This document shows, in pieces, positions 19,640-29,952 of a DNA stretch of 42,818 nucleotides. The position numbers and the translations under genes were made by a program. The notes beneath the pieces are model-generated. The model was not told the origin of the DNA. It ran no database searches and was given only the letters and a program-made list of their open reading frames with translations. The stretch lies in the sequence record SRR31156797_1290; one strand, 5' to 3'. The first letter of the stretch is position 1. Every line of letters starts with the position of its first letter.

Positions 19640-21655
19640 TTAAAAGTTTAATTTAAACACAATCAAATCGGCTTTATCTTCCAATCGGGTGGCGCTAATG
19701 GCTACAGAATTCCCATCGCATAGAGTGATATCATTCAGTTGAACGCCCTGTGGAAGGCTAAATTCTTTTTCACTTTTCACAGTACCCAACTCATCAATTT
19801 GTACCAGCTTAATTTTGCTATCGTAGGTGCCTGCAAGTACAAAACTCTTATCGGCTAAAGCCACAAGATGCTCGGGCATGCCTTCGCCCAAAAGGTTTAA
19901 TGGGGTTTCCCAAAGCTTTTTACCAGAGCTGTCGTAAGCAGCAGCAAAGGCGCCATTCGCACTTGAGCCTGCAAAGAGAACTTGCTTGTTGGCATTCATG
20001 CCAATGGCAGTGGCTTCCTGATTCTCGGGCAATAAAACATCCCATTGTAAATAGCCAGCCTCATCGATGGCAAAAATCCACTTTCCGGCTGCAGCAAAAG
20101 CAGTGTTCGAAGCATCGTGGCTAGCCAAAGCATACACTTTGCCCTTGTTGGTATACTTGCGCGACCATAGTTTTTTACCATTGGCATTTAGCTTCACCAG
20201 GGCAGGAGTAAACAGGCTGTCTTCGGCATTGTTGATGTAGCCGGCAAGTAATATTTTATTGTCGGGGTAGACTACAAAATCGAGTGCTTCATCCATGCTC
20301 ACTTTCTGGTTGAATACATTTTGTCCGTTGGCATCTAACTTGTAAATCCAAGCCTGACCTTTTAAACTATCAAGAATTGCATTGGTAATACCTGCCACAT
20401 AAATTTCATTCTGAGCACTCACGCTCACCTTATTCACCAGGTCATCGAAGCGATTTCCCAAGGTCTTATTCCAGAGCATTTTTCCATTGGCATCTGTACC
20501 TAAAATCCAGGAGTCGTACCTCTCACCCTCGGCTTTTTGAGTTGATGAAACTACTACCAATTCTCCATTGGGGCGTTTGGCAATTCCCCCGCCAAAATCG
20601 TTTAACTGTTGGTTGTCGAATCCCTTTACAAAGAGATAATTTTCCTCTGGAAAATCGCTAAGGATCTCTTCGCCCAGTATCGTAGCTTTCAAATTAAAAA
20701 TATCGATGTACTGTTTTCCTTCGGGGTATAAAGACACAAACTTGTTATAAGCCTCAACGCTTTCTACACGTTTAGCCCATTCAAAAAGCAATTGCTTTCT
20801 TAAAACTTTAGCCGCAGCTATTTTTGTTGAAAAAGGAAAGTCTGCTATAAAACTGTCGATAGCCTCAAGTGTCTTTTTCTCCGATGCCTCTTTAAATGCC
20901 ATGTCAGCCATTCGTTTCTTCGCCTCTTTAACTTGCTGCGCCTCTGGATAATTTTGTACAAAATTGCGCAAGTCGCTTAAGGTACCTTTACTTATGGCAC
21001 TTTTATAAGCCAAGCTGTTTCGAATTTTTGTGGCAATGCTAAGCTGAGCCGATTCGGGATAATCTTTTAAGAATTGATTGAAAGCGGCTATGGTATTTTG
21101 CTTCTCTGCCACGCGAAATTTAATGTAGCTTAAAATATGCGACACATTGGTGTAGTATTTCGAATCTTGAAATTCTTTTAAAAATCGCTTTGCATGATCG
21201 GCATTGTTCTCCTCCCTCACGAATTTTATCAACTTGTCTTCGAGGTATTGATATTCCCAATCCATGTTTTTAGCTATGGGTCTGTTTTTACGATTCTTGT
21301 CTTGTCTGTAAAACAACTCGTTTAAAATTTCCTTATCGTTAGCGCTAAGCTGAGATTGCTTATCATACGCTTTCTGAAAATATTTTAAGGCATGAAAGTA
21401 ATCTTTACCCGAATAGGTATCGAAAGCGTAAACGGCAGCTAGTCCTATGTTTACCATTGGTGATTCAGGCTCTTCTGCTAAAATTTTCTCAAAATTGATT
21501 TTCGCCTTAGTCAATTCTTTATCAATATCCTCTTGTTCCCGGGCTTCCATACCTTTAAATAAGGAGTTGTTGTATATCCTTTTCGGATTTTGCGCCAAGC
21601 TAAGCAATGAGATTAGCAGGAATAGGATGAGTATATTTAGTTTTCTTGAATTCAT
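19640..21655 (-). CDS. Exported protein: helical YP-repeat region plus C-terminal beta-propeller-like repeats
   Basis: Signal peptide; repeated F[LV]xxYPxS helical units; repeated xLD/NANGKxLW blades. Confidence 0.8.
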   Translation of the reverse strand: MNSRKLNILILFLLISLLSLAQNPKRIYNNSLFKGMEAREQEDIDKELTKAKINFEKILAEEPESPMVNIGLAAVYAFDTYSGKDYFHALKYFQKAYDKQSQLSANDKEILNELFYRQDKNRKNRPIAKNMDWEYQYLEDKLIKFVREENNADHAKRFLKEFQDSKYYTNVSHILSYIKFRVAEKQNTIAAFNQFLKDYPESAQLSIATKIRNSLAYKSAISKGTLSDLRNFVQNYPEAQQVKEAKKRMADMAFKEASEKKTLEAIDSFIADFPFSTKIAAAKVLRKQLLFEWAKRVESVEAYNKFVSLYPEGKQYIDIFNLKATILGEEILSDFPEENYLFVKGFDNQQLNDFGGGIAKRPNGELVVVSSTQKAEGERYDSWILGTDANGKMLWNKTLGNRFDDLVNKVSVSAQNEIYVAGITNAILDSLKGQAWIYKLDANGQNVFNQKVSMDEALDFVVYPDNKILLAGYINNAEDSLFTPALVKLNANGKKLWSRKYTNKGKVYALASHDASNTAFAAAGKWIFAIDEAGYLQWDVLLPENQEATAIGMNANKQVLFAGSSANGAFAAAYDSSGKKLWETPLNLLGEGMPEHLVALADKSFVLAGTYDSKIKLVQIDELGTVKSEKEFSLPQGVQLNDITLCDGNSVAISATRLEDKADLIVFKLNF

Positions 21656-21665
21656 AAGTAGGGGC

Positions 21666-23057
21666 TTATTTTTTTAGTACTAAAAATTCCACACGGCGAT
21701 TCTTCGAGCGACCGTCAACTGTTTGGTTGGTATCTAAGGGTTTTGAATCTCCGTAGCCAAGTGCTTTCATTCTGTTCGAATCGACTCCTTTACTTACAAG
21801 GTACTTCACTACCGACTCGGCACGTCGCTGACTTAAACCCTCATTCAATTCATCGGACCCCTTGTTATCGGTATGTCCGCTAATCTGAATTTGGCTAACC
21901 ATTCCCTCTTTTAAGAAATTGGCAACCTTGTCGAGCTCTTCAAAGGAAGTTGGCAGAAGAGTACTTTTGTTGGTTTCAAAAAAGATATTGTCTAGAATAA
22001 GTGCAGCTCCTTCTTCAATTTTTCTTAGCTCTTCGGTAAACAGATCTTCGGGTAATTCAGGTTCAATAAAAGTAATGCTTCCTTGCGAGTGGCAATTGTT
22101 TTGGTCACTTACGTGATAAGTGTATGTACCAGCTTTTAAATTGCTAAGTTTTTTTGTGTCTTTGATTCCATTGCTCCAATCAATATAATATGGAGGCTGT
22201 CCGCCAGATATGTCTAAATGAATGACACCATCGTTTATAATTTTGGTAATTTGACCCGTTACCGGATTTTTACCTCCAGTATAAGAGGAATCAATCACCA
22301 CGGTTTCTAATCCTTTCGGAACACATGCGCAGGCAGAGCAATCCACTAAGGGGCGAATCTCAAAATCGTCGAAAAAGTAGTAAGCGTAGGCTTTGCCTTT
22401 TTTATTTTTGGTATCGCGACCCGTTACCACATAGTTGGTGTTTTCATAGTTTTTGAAGTTTCCTACCACAAAGAATTCCTCACCACCTTTGGCAGTATAT
22501 ACCTGGCAGAACTGAACCCATTCTTCGGTATTGTCTAAAAATAAGCCTTCTTTATTGCTTAGGTCCGCTCTTAAATTTAGATAGGTTTTATTGCCGTTGG
22601 CTATTTTTGTTTCGGTAAAGTGCAAGCCCAACTGATCGACAGCAAACTTACTTCCCGATGCCAATTTGTACCAAAAGGAAACGCAGTATTTTTGATCCGG
22701 AATCATAGGACGATTTAGAGTCCCTTGAATATATTCTCTGAAATTTCGATTGCTTCCACTTAGAATTGCGCCCATGTAGCCTTTGCCAGATTTGGCTTTG
22801 CTGTAGCCTGCAAAATTATCAGGCACTTTTACTTCCCGGGCGCCGCACTCGTTAAAATAATCGGGAGTGGTAAAGGATGGATAGGTCCAATCCGGAATCA
22901 ACTTATGAGTCTTATTCATAGAGGTGTATCCCTGAGGACATTTTACAAACTTTTCGAAACTAGGATTAAGTACCATATTCTCTTCCTGGGCGTAGGAGCT
23001 AAAGCAGGAAATCATAGTACTCAATAGGATGAGATACTTTAAGTAGATGTTCTTCAT
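21666..23057 (-). CDS. OmpA-family protein with SprB-like repeat
   Basis: Signal peptide, NPSFE N-domain, GGQPPYYIDWSNG...LKAGTYTYHVSDQNNC (SprB-like), C-terminal NIFFETNKS, GHTDNKG, LSQRRAESV, NRRVEF. Confidence 0.92.
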   Translation of the reverse strand: MKNIYLKYLILLSTMISCFSSYAQEENMVLNPSFEKFVKCPQGYTSMNKTHKLIPDWTYPSFTTPDYFNECGAREVKVPDNFAGYSKAKSGKGYMGAILSGSNRNFREYIQGTLNRPMIPDQKYCVSFWYKLASGSKFAVDQLGLHFTETKIANGNKTYLNLRADLSNKEGLFLDNTEEWVQFCQVYTAKGGEEFFVVGNFKNYENTNYVVTGRDTKNKKGKAYAYYFFDDFEIRPLVDCSACACVPKGLETVVIDSSYTGGKNPVTGQITKIINDGVIHLDISGGQPPYYIDWSNGIKDTKKLSNLKAGTYTYHVSDQNNCHSQGSITFIEPELPEDLFTEELRKIEEGAALILDNIFFETNKSTLLPTSFEELDKVANFLKEGMVSQIQISGHTDNKGSDELNEGLSQRRAESVVKYLVSKGVDSNRMKALGYGDSKPLDTNQTVDGRSKNRRVEFLVLKK

Positions 23058-23274
23058 TATAAGTAAAGTTATAGTTTAGTGATCATCCTCCAATAATATT
23101 GTGCAAATTCTCAATGCTTATGTCTATTCATGAAGGCTTGTCAATGAGGAAAACAGGAGAAATGGATTGTTTTAAAAGATTCAAAACGATAATCATACGC
23201 CTAAATTCCTCCGATCATTTCAAATGTATTAACAAAACAAATTCTAAACAAGATTATTAAGCATATTTATTTGT

Positions 23275-23387
23275 GTAGGGTCACGCCATGGCGTGACCTT
23301 ACGAATAGCATGCCATGGCATGTCCCCACGTTTGGAATGAAAAATGATGGGTTTGTTATGAATGGATACGCCGTGGCATGTCCCTAC
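23275..23387. repeat. REP cluster (3 copies, same family as RAYT-flanking REPs)
   Basis: GTAGGGTCACGCCATGGCGTGACCTTAC (23275-23302), GCATGCCATGGCATGTCCCCAC (23308-23329), GGATACGCCGTGGCATGTCCCTAC (23364-23387). Confidence 0.88.
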
Positions 23388-23609
23388 ATGATTTATCTGA
23401 ATTTATTCTAAATACAAACTGTATATTCCGATCACTTTATCTGATTATGCTCGAAATGGCGAAACCGATTGCATTTAGGGGTATTCAGAGCTTCAACTCT
23501 TAAAATCTTGAAATACGTAATCGTTGTGGGTGAACATAACTGAAGTGATAAGGGTTTAGATTTCATATATTTATTCAGTAGTTAATACTTGAACTCAAAT
23601 AATAAATCT

Positions 23610-23712
23610 ATGAAACGTCCGTGCCTAAAGGAGTAAAGAGCTCTCAAATGAGTCGAATCTTTAGTCATCGGAATGTTCCATCTGGTACGAAATCAAAAAC
23701 CAATTATAACAG
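23610..23712 (+). promoter_or_regulatory. Conserved structured leader, copy B, with 8-codon uORF MKRPCLKE (23610-23636)
   Basis: Homologous to 11689-11786; CTAAAG/CTTTAG inner stem and TCCG/CGGA outer pairing. Confidence 0.6.
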
Positions 23713-24612
23713 ATGAACACGGCGAAAAAAAACGACAAGTCCCGAAGAAGATTCCTGCAAAACCTGGGAATGGCAGGAGCCAGTGCCGTTGCCGGATCTG
23801 CCTTACTACTACAAGGCTGTTCCGATTCTGGTAAAGCCAGCGGCAACAAGGTAAAAGTACTCACCCCCGACAACAAATTGGTAGAAGTTGATGTTGCTCA
23901 CCTAAAGCCCGGTGACAAAATTCAGGATCTAACTTATCTGCAAAAGCGGGGTCGCGAAGGAATCCCTGGAAAGAAATTTGTAATGGTGGTAGATCTGGCA
24001 AAATGTAAGAATGCACGCAAGTGCATGAAGGCTTGCCAAAGTGCTCACCAATTGAAACCGGAAATGCACCATATTAATGTATTGGAAATGGAAGATCCGG
24101 TAAAGAACACCTCTTATTGGATGCCAAAAACCTGTCAGCATTGCGACAACCCACCATGTGTGTCGGTTTGTCCTGTTGATGCAACTTTCAAGCGACAAGA
24201 CGGAATTGTATTGATCGACAACGAGCGTTGCATTGGTTGCAGATTCTGTGTGGCAGCCTGTCCTTACTCGGCACGTACTTTCAATTGGACCGAACCTAAA
24301 AATTCCGATCAGTTTGCCGATGAGGTTTACGATATGGAACTAAACGTACCTCAGAAGAAGGGAACAGTTACCAAGTGTGCTTTCTCGGCTGACCAGTTGC
24401 GCGAAGGGAAATTGCCTTACTGTGTATCGGCTTGTCCGAATGGAGTGTATTACTTCGGCGATCAGAACGAGGATTTGGTCACTAACGGTACCACCCGAAA
24501 AACAGTTCGCTTAAGTGCTCTTCTCGATGAGAATGCGGCTTACACCTTAATGCCTGAGCTGGGAACCAAACCAAGCGTTTACTATTTGCCTCCAAGAGAG
24601 AGTGAGGGATAA
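23713..24612 (+). CDS. Tat-exported 4Fe-4S dicluster protein (NrfC/DsrO/TtrB-like)
   Basis: SRRRFLQ twin-arginine signal; CQHCDNPPCVSVCP and CIGCRFCVAACPY motifs; first and fourth Cys motifs each lack one Cys. Confidence 0.92.
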   Translation: MNTAKKNDKSRRRFLQNLGMAGASAVAGSALLLQGCSDSGKASGNKVKVLTPDNKLVEVDVAHLKPGDKIQDLTYLQKRGREGIPGKKFVMVVDLAKCKNARKCMKACQSAHQLKPEMHHINVLEMEDPVKNTSYWMPKTCQHCDNPPCVSVCPVDATFKRQDGIVLIDNERCIGCRFCVAACPYSARTFNWTEPKNSDQFADEVYDMELNVPQKKGTVTKCAFSADQLREGKLPYCVSACPNGVYYFGDQNEDLVTNGTTRKTVRLSALLDENAAYTLMPELGTKPSVYYLPPRESEG

Positions 24613-24626
24613 GTTTGAGGTTGATG

Positions 24627-24757
24627 CACCCCTCTCTCTGTTGGGATCTTCCCTGGTAGGGGAGAATGAAAGGATTGAGAGAAGGCTCATTAGAAGTTAC
24701 ATCAGATAAAGTTGAAGTCTTTCCCTTATAGGGAAAGTGCCGATAGGCGAAAGGGTG
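24627..24757. repeat. Composite inverted repeat (CCCCTC/GAGGGG-type REP-like doublet)
   Basis: CACCC...GGGTG outer ends; inner hairpins TTCCCT-ggt-AGGGGA, TTTCCCT-tat-AGGGAAA and GCC-gata-GGC. Confidence 0.6.
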
Positions 24758-24828
24758 TTCTTCTAAAGAAGCAAAAGGGTGTATGATAAAACAATAAACC
24801 ATTGACTAATTACTAATGACTATTTCCT

Positions 24829-26151
24829 ATGAATGAAACGATAACAAAAGAGCTGAGCGAATCGCAAATCGATCAGGATCTTTTAAAGAATGTGAACTGG
24901 GGAGGCAAATTCAAGCTTTGGCTTGGCTTTCTTTCGGTTTCACTTATAATTTGTTTGTATTACTATTATCTACAATTGTCAAACGGATTGGGCGTAACGG
25001 GTCTTCACGACTATGTATCCTGGGGCATCTACATTTCCAATTTTGTATTTTTTGTGGCAACCTCTTTAATAGGAATGCTTATTTCCTCGGTTCTGGGACT
25101 GATGAATGTGCATTGGGTAAAACCTTTGGCTCGTATTGCCGAGCTGGTTGCAGTAGCCTTTGCCATGGTGGCAGGCTTAATTATTATTACCGATATGGGT
25201 AGACCAGACCGATTGCTAAATGTATTCATGCACGGTAGGGTACAATCACCAATTGTTTGGGATATCGCAGTAGTGGTTACCTATGTTGCCATTAGTGCTC
25301 TGTTGTTTTACATTCCTATGTTGCCCGATATTGCGCTTTGTCGCGATAAGCTGAAAGATGTACCGAAGTGGCAGCAGAAAATGTATAAGATTCTGGCACT
25401 GGGCTGGAGCGGAAAAGCCAAGCAATTTAAGATCATGCACAACTACACGCGTATCTTATTAATCCTGATTATTCCAATCGCCTTATCCATACACACGGTT
25501 ACCTCCTGGCTGTTTGCTATGACCCTTCGTTCGGGTTGGGATTCGCCAATATTCGGTCCTTACTTTGTATCGGGAGCTTTTGTGGCGGGTTGTGCAGCGG
25601 TAATCATCGCCATGTATTTCTTCCGTAACAATTTCAAGCTGAAGGATTACATTACCGTGGATCATTTCGATCGCATGGGTAGGTTACTGGTTTTGGTTGC
25701 CTTGGTGTATGTGTATTTCAATATCAATGAAATTATCGTGCCCGGATATAAGGCGAATACTGCCGATGCCAAGCACGTACACGAAATGTTATATGGACAC
25801 GAATCGGTAATGTTCTGGCTGGTACAGCTGGGCGGATTGGTAATCCCTTTCCTTCTGATCTTGTTCCGACCTATGCGTAGACCTTTGCCATTGGCTCTTA
25901 TCTCCATTATCATTTTGGCAGGTGCATGGTTCAAGAGAGTATTAATCGTGGTTCCCACACAGTTAACTCCTTACTATCCTATTCAGAATGTTCCTGAGGG
26001 TTGGACAGGTTATACACCTACTACTCCTGAGATTGCCGTTACGGTGGCTTCCTTCATAATTGTACTGATTATTATGACGGTTTTAGCCAAGCTGTTCCCG
26101 ATAATACCGGTTTGGGAAGTAAAAGAGGAAATTAACCACAATAAGAAATAG
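24829..26151 (+). CDS. nrfD: NrfD/PsrC-family polytopic membrane quinone-interacting subunit
   Basis: GLGVTGL..YVSWGIYISNFVFFV, RIAE, DMGRPDR, SPIVWD, HTVTSWLF, GPYFVSGA; about 10 TM helices. Confidence 0.9.
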   Translation: MNETITKELSESQIDQDLLKNVNWGGKFKLWLGFLSVSLIICLYYYYLQLSNGLGVTGLHDYVSWGIYISNFVFFVATSLIGMLISSVLGLMNVHWVKPLARIAELVAVAFAMVAGLIIITDMGRPDRLLNVFMHGRVQSPIVWDIAVVVTYVAISALLFYIPMLPDIALCRDKLKDVPKWQQKMYKILALGWSGKAKQFKIMHNYTRILLILIIPIALSIHTVTSWLFAMTLRSGWDSPIFGPYFVSGAFVAGCAAVIIAMYFFRNNFKLKDYITVDHFDRMGRLLVLVALVYVYFNINEIIVPGYKANTADAKHVHEMLYGHESVMFWLVQLGGLVIPFLLILFRPMRRPLPLALISIIILAGAWFKRVLIVVPTQLTPYYPIQNVPEGWTGYTPTTPEIAVTVASFIIVLIIMTVLAKLFPIIPVWEVKEEINHNKK

Positions 26152-26155
26152 CACG

Positions 26156-27046
26156 ATGAAGAATACGAAACGATATAGATTGATCATTCTGTTCTGCCTT
26201 TGCTTTTTGGCTGTGGCAAATGTGAATGCTCAAAGCGATTGGCAAGTTCCTGCCAAAGAAAATGAAAACTTAAGTCCTTTTCTCTTCGATGACGATATGA
26301 TTCTGGAGGGAAGAATCTCTTACGAAAACTCTTGTACGTCTTGTCATGGTACGCCGGGTCAGGATGATTATACGCCAATGGCGCCAAGTCCGGGTGATCC
26401 CGCTTCGGATCAGTTCCAACTGCAAACCGATGGGGCATTGTTCCATAAAATTAAAGCAGGTCGTGGTACCATGCCTAAGTTCGAAGATGCTTTCGCAGAT
26501 GACGAATTGTGGAATCTGATTGCTTACATCCGTAGTTTTAACAAAGACTATAAGCAAGAACTGCCTGATATGGAAGGTGTTGTGATTCCTGAATATACCA
26601 TGAACCTTAGCTTTGATGATAATGTGGACAAGTTGGTGGTTAAAGTGTTTGCAGAAGAACAGCCACAGTCAGAAGTTAGCGTTGCTGCTTACGTAATGGG
26701 AACCTTTGGTAAATATCTGTTGGGGAAAGCACAAACCAACGATTTAGGTATTGCTTATATCGATGTTGATGCTACTATGCCTGGCGACGAAGAAGGAAAA
26801 TTGAGTGTAATGGTAAAAGCTACCAAAGGATTTGCCAGAGCTAAAAAGGAGGAAATGCTAACAATGGTAGAACCTACCATTCGTAAATCTGCTATAGAAG
26901 GACGTCACTTGTGGAGTACCGATAAGATGGCTCCGATATGGCTGAAGGTAAGCTTCTTCATCACCGTATTTGGTGTGTGGTTCGTACTGCTCTTTATTGT
27001 AATTGGCTTGCGAGGTATCAATAAAGCCAATAAGGAGGAGGCGTAG
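26156..27046 (+). CDS. Monoheme cytochrome c with extra beta domain and C-terminal membrane anchor
   Basis: Signal peptide, CTSCH heme motif, DGALFHKIKAGRGTMP (axial Met), WNLIAYIRS, C-terminal TM helix. Confidence 0.88.
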   Translation: MKNTKRYRLIILFCLCFLAVANVNAQSDWQVPAKENENLSPFLFDDDMILEGRISYENSCTSCHGTPGQDDYTPMAPSPGDPASDQFQLQTDGALFHKIKAGRGTMPKFEDAFADDELWNLIAYIRSFNKDYKQELPDMEGVVIPEYTMNLSFDDNVDKLVVKVFAEEQPQSEVSVAAYVMGTFGKYLLGKAQTNDLGIAYIDVDATMPGDEEGKLSVMVKATKGFARAKKEEMLTMVEPTIRKSAIEGRHLWSTDKMAPIWLKVSFFITVFGVWFVLLFIVIGLRGINKANKEEA

Positions 27047-27099
27047 AGAACTCCTTTTTACTTTAACCTTTATACTTTGAACTTAATATCTTAAAATAT

Positions 27100-29889
27100 A
27101 TGAAACTAGCAAGGCGTGATTTTTTAAAGAGTTCGGCGGCTATAGCAGCAGCAACAGCGGTTGGCGTTGCCATTCCTGAAACTCTTAAAGCAGAAGCTCG
27201 CGAAGCCGAAAAAGGCTGGTCGTGGGACAAGGCTGTATGCCGATTTTGTGGTACAGGTTGTGGTATCATGATTGCCACCAAAGATGATAAAATACTTGCT
27301 GTAAAAGGAGATCCATTGGCACCCGTAAACCGTGGATTGAATTGTATCAAAGGCTATTTTAATGCCAAAATAATGTACGGTGCCGACCGTCTGAAGAAAC
27401 CATTGCTTCGTATGAACGAGAATGGGGAATTCGATAAAAACGGAAAATTTAAAACCATTAGCTGGGAACGTGCCTTCGACGAAATGGAGAAGCACATGAA
27501 ATCGGCGATGAAAGAATTGGGACCAACTGGTATTGGTATCTTCAGTTCCGGTCAGTATACCATTATGGAAGGATATGCTGCTTCAAAACTGATGAAGGCA
27601 GGTTTCCGTTCACATAATATCGACCCAAATGCCCGTCACTGTATGGCGTCGGCTGTGGTTGCATTTATTCAGGCTTTCGGTATCGATGAGCCAGCAGGGA
27701 ACTACGACGATATGGAAATTACCGATACCGTTGTTACCTGGGGAGCCAATATGGCGGAGATGCACCCGATTCTATGGTCGAGAATTACCGAAAATAAGTT
27801 GAGTCATCCGGAAAGAACTAAGGTGATTAACTTGTCTACCTATACCAATCGTACCTCCGACTTGGCAGATATCGAAATCATTTTCAAGCCAAATACCGAC
27901 TTGGCGATTTGGAATTATATTGCTCACGAAATTGTGTACAATCAGCCAGAGGCTATCGATTGGGATTTTGTGAAGAAATATACCGTGTTTGCAACTGGTT
28001 TTGTTGATATAGGTTACGGAATGCGTACGCCTGATCATCCTAAATTTACCGACAAGGAAAAAGAGACCGTAAAGCACGAAGTGGCGAAAAAACTGACTGC
28101 TGATGAGGGGAAAGCATTGTCGTACCTGGGGTATAAGGAAGGCGATGTAATGGAAATGACTCACCGAAATAAGGCTGTGAATCACTGGATCATCCAGTAC
28201 GAAGAATTCAAGAAAGCACTCAAGGCGTACGATCTTGATTATGTAGCTCAGGTTGCCAAAGGTGATCCTGAAGAGTCAATTGAAGATTTCAAGAAGAAGT
28301 TGAAAGCTTTGGCTGATCTTTACATTGAGAAGGGACGAAAAGTTTGTTCATACTGGACTATGGGATTCAACCAGCACACCAGAGGTTCATGGGTAAATGA
28401 GCAGGCGTATATGGTGCATTTATTACTGGGTAAGCAATCGAAACCAGGTGATGGAGCCTTTAGCTTAACAGGACAACCATCGGCTTGTGGTACCGCTCGT
28501 GAGGTGGGAACCTTCTCGCACCGATTGCCATCGGATATGGTCGTTGCGAATCCTAAGCATCGCAAAATTTCAGAAAAATTGTGGAAAGTACCGGAAGGAA
28601 CCATCAATCCTAAGCCGGGTAGTCACTTGATGAAAATCCACCGCGATATTGAGGATGGTAAGATAAAATTTGCATGGATTAATGTTTGTAATCCATATCA
28701 GAATACTGCCAATGCCAATCACTGGATTAAGGCAGCTCGCCAGATGGATAACTTTATTGTTTGTTCCGACGGATATCCTGGTATTTCGGCTAAGGTTTCC
28801 GATTTGATATTGCCTTCGGCGATGATCTACGAGAAGTGGGGAGCTTATGGTAATGCGGAACGCAGAACCCAGCATTGGAAACAGCAGGTAACTCCTGTTG
28901 GTGATGCCATGCCTGATGTGTGGCAATTTGTGGAGTTGGCGAAGCGATTCAAGCTTAGTGAAGTTTGGGGCGCACAAAAAGTTCCTGGATTAAAAGACGG
29001 TCTTCCTGATGTTTTAGAAGGAGCAAAGGCTATGGGGTACTCTCCTGATGATACGCTTTACGACGTACTGTTTGCCAACGAGGATGCGAAGAAATATGCT
29101 TGGCCAGATCCAATTGCAGAAGGAAAAATGAATACCGAATCGGGTGGTGACAAGCGTAAGGTAATTGGTTCGGATGGTAAGCCATTTGAAGGTTACGGAT
29201 TCTTTATGCACAAATACATTTGGGAAGAGTATCGTAAGTTTGGTACTGGAAATGGTCACGACTTGGCAGATTTTGATACCTATCACAAATGCCGTGGTTT
29301 AAAATGGCCGGTTGTAGATGGCAAAGAAACCCTATGGCGCTTCAACTCAGAATACGATGTGTATGCGAAGAAAGCAGATGTTGGACCTTTTGCATTCTAT
29401 GGCAAAGCCTTGAAAAAAATGCCTCAGGGATCCATATCAAAACCGGACATGTCGAAACCTAAGGTTGATTTGAAGAATAAGGCGAAGATTTTCTTCCGTC
29501 CATATATGGAAGCTCCAGAGATTCCAAGTAAAGAGTATCCATACTGGATGTGTACCGGTCGTGTCTTAGAACACTGGCATTCGGGAACCATGACTATGAG
29601 AGTGCCGGAATTGTATCGTGCCGTTCCTGAAGCATTGTGCTACATTCATCCGAAAGATGCTGCAGAGCAAGGATTGGTTGAAGGAGATTTGGTTTGGATA
29701 GAATCAAGACGTGGACGTGTGAAAGCTCACATCGAAACCAGAGGTCGAAATCGAGTGCCTAGAGGACTGATTTATGTGCCTTGGTTCGACGAGAAGGTAT
29801 TTATCAACAAATTGTGTTTGGATGCCACTTGTCCAATGTCGAAAGAGACAGACTTTAAGAAGTGTGCAGTTAAGATAACGAAAGCATAA
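27100..29889 (+). CDS. napA: Periplasmic nitrate reductase catalytic subunit
   Basis: Tat signal [15 protein letters not shown]...NCIKG; Mo ligand [49 protein letters not shown]. Confidence 0.98.
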   Translation: MKLARRDFLKSSAAIAAATAVGVAIPETLKAEAREAEKGWSWDKAVCRFCGTGCGIMIATKDDKILAVKGDPLAPVNRGLNCIKGYFNAKIMYGADRLKKPLLRMNENGEFDKNGKFKTISWERAFDEMEKHMKSAMKELGPTGIGIFSSGQYTIMEGYAASKLMKAGFRSHNIDPNARHCMASAVVAFIQAFGIDEPAGNYDDMEITDTVVTWGANMAEMHPILWSRITENKLSHPERTKVINLSTYTNRTSDLADIEIIFKPNTDLAIWNYIAHEIVYNQPEAIDWDFVKKYTVFATGFVDIGYGMRTPDHPKFTDKEKETVKHEVAKKLTADEGKALSYLGYKEGDVMEMTHRNKAVNHWIIQYEEFKKALKAYDLDYVAQVAKGDPEESIEDFKKKLKALADLYIEKGRKVCSYWTMGFNQHTRGSWVNEQAYMVHLLLGKQSKPGDGAFSLTGQPSACGTAREVGTFSHRLPSDMVVANPKHRKISEKLWKVPEGTINPKPGSHLMKIHRDIEDGKIKFAWINVCNPYQNTANANHWIKAARQMDNFIVCSDGYPGISAKVSDLILPSAMIYEKWGAYGNAERRTQHWKQQVTPVGDAMPDVWQFVELAKRFKLSEVWGAQKVPGLKDGLPDVLEGAKAMGYSPDDTLYDVLFANEDAKKYAWPDPIAEGKMNTESGGDKRKVIGSDGKPFEGYGFFMHKYIWEEYRKFGTGNGHDLADFDTYHKCRGLKWPVVDGKETLWRFNSEYDVYAKKADVGPFAFYGKALKKMPQGSISKPDMSKPKVDLKNKAKIFFRPYMEAPEIPSKEYPYWMCTGRVLEHWHSGTMTMRVPELYRAVPEALCYIHPKDAAEQGLVEGDLVWIESRRGRVKAHIETRGRNRVPRGLIYVPWFDEKVFINKLCLDATCPMSKETDFKKCAVKITKA

Positions 29890-29952
29890 TCAGGATATGG
29901 GAGGTGAGATATTGGAATATCTCTTTATCTCACTTCTACAAATCTCATATCT

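Noticed and set aside
23440-23700. Possible Moco riboswitch or FNR/ModE box upstream of the molybdoenzyme-containing nap run
   Set aside because: Could not match the conserved Moco RNA elements, TTGAT-N4-ATCAA or a ModE consensus by eye; needs an Rfam scan.
27032-27064. AAGGAG...CTCCTT plus T run as terminator between cytochrome c and napA
   Set aside because: Only a 6-bp stem with a 13-nt loop overlapping the CDS end; too weak to call, though it matters for co-transcription.
27124-29286. Multiple 90-137 aa antisense ORFs within napA (similar ones inside the oxidoreductase genes)
   Set aside because: Shadow ORFs expected from codon bias of the sense genes; no independent evidence.
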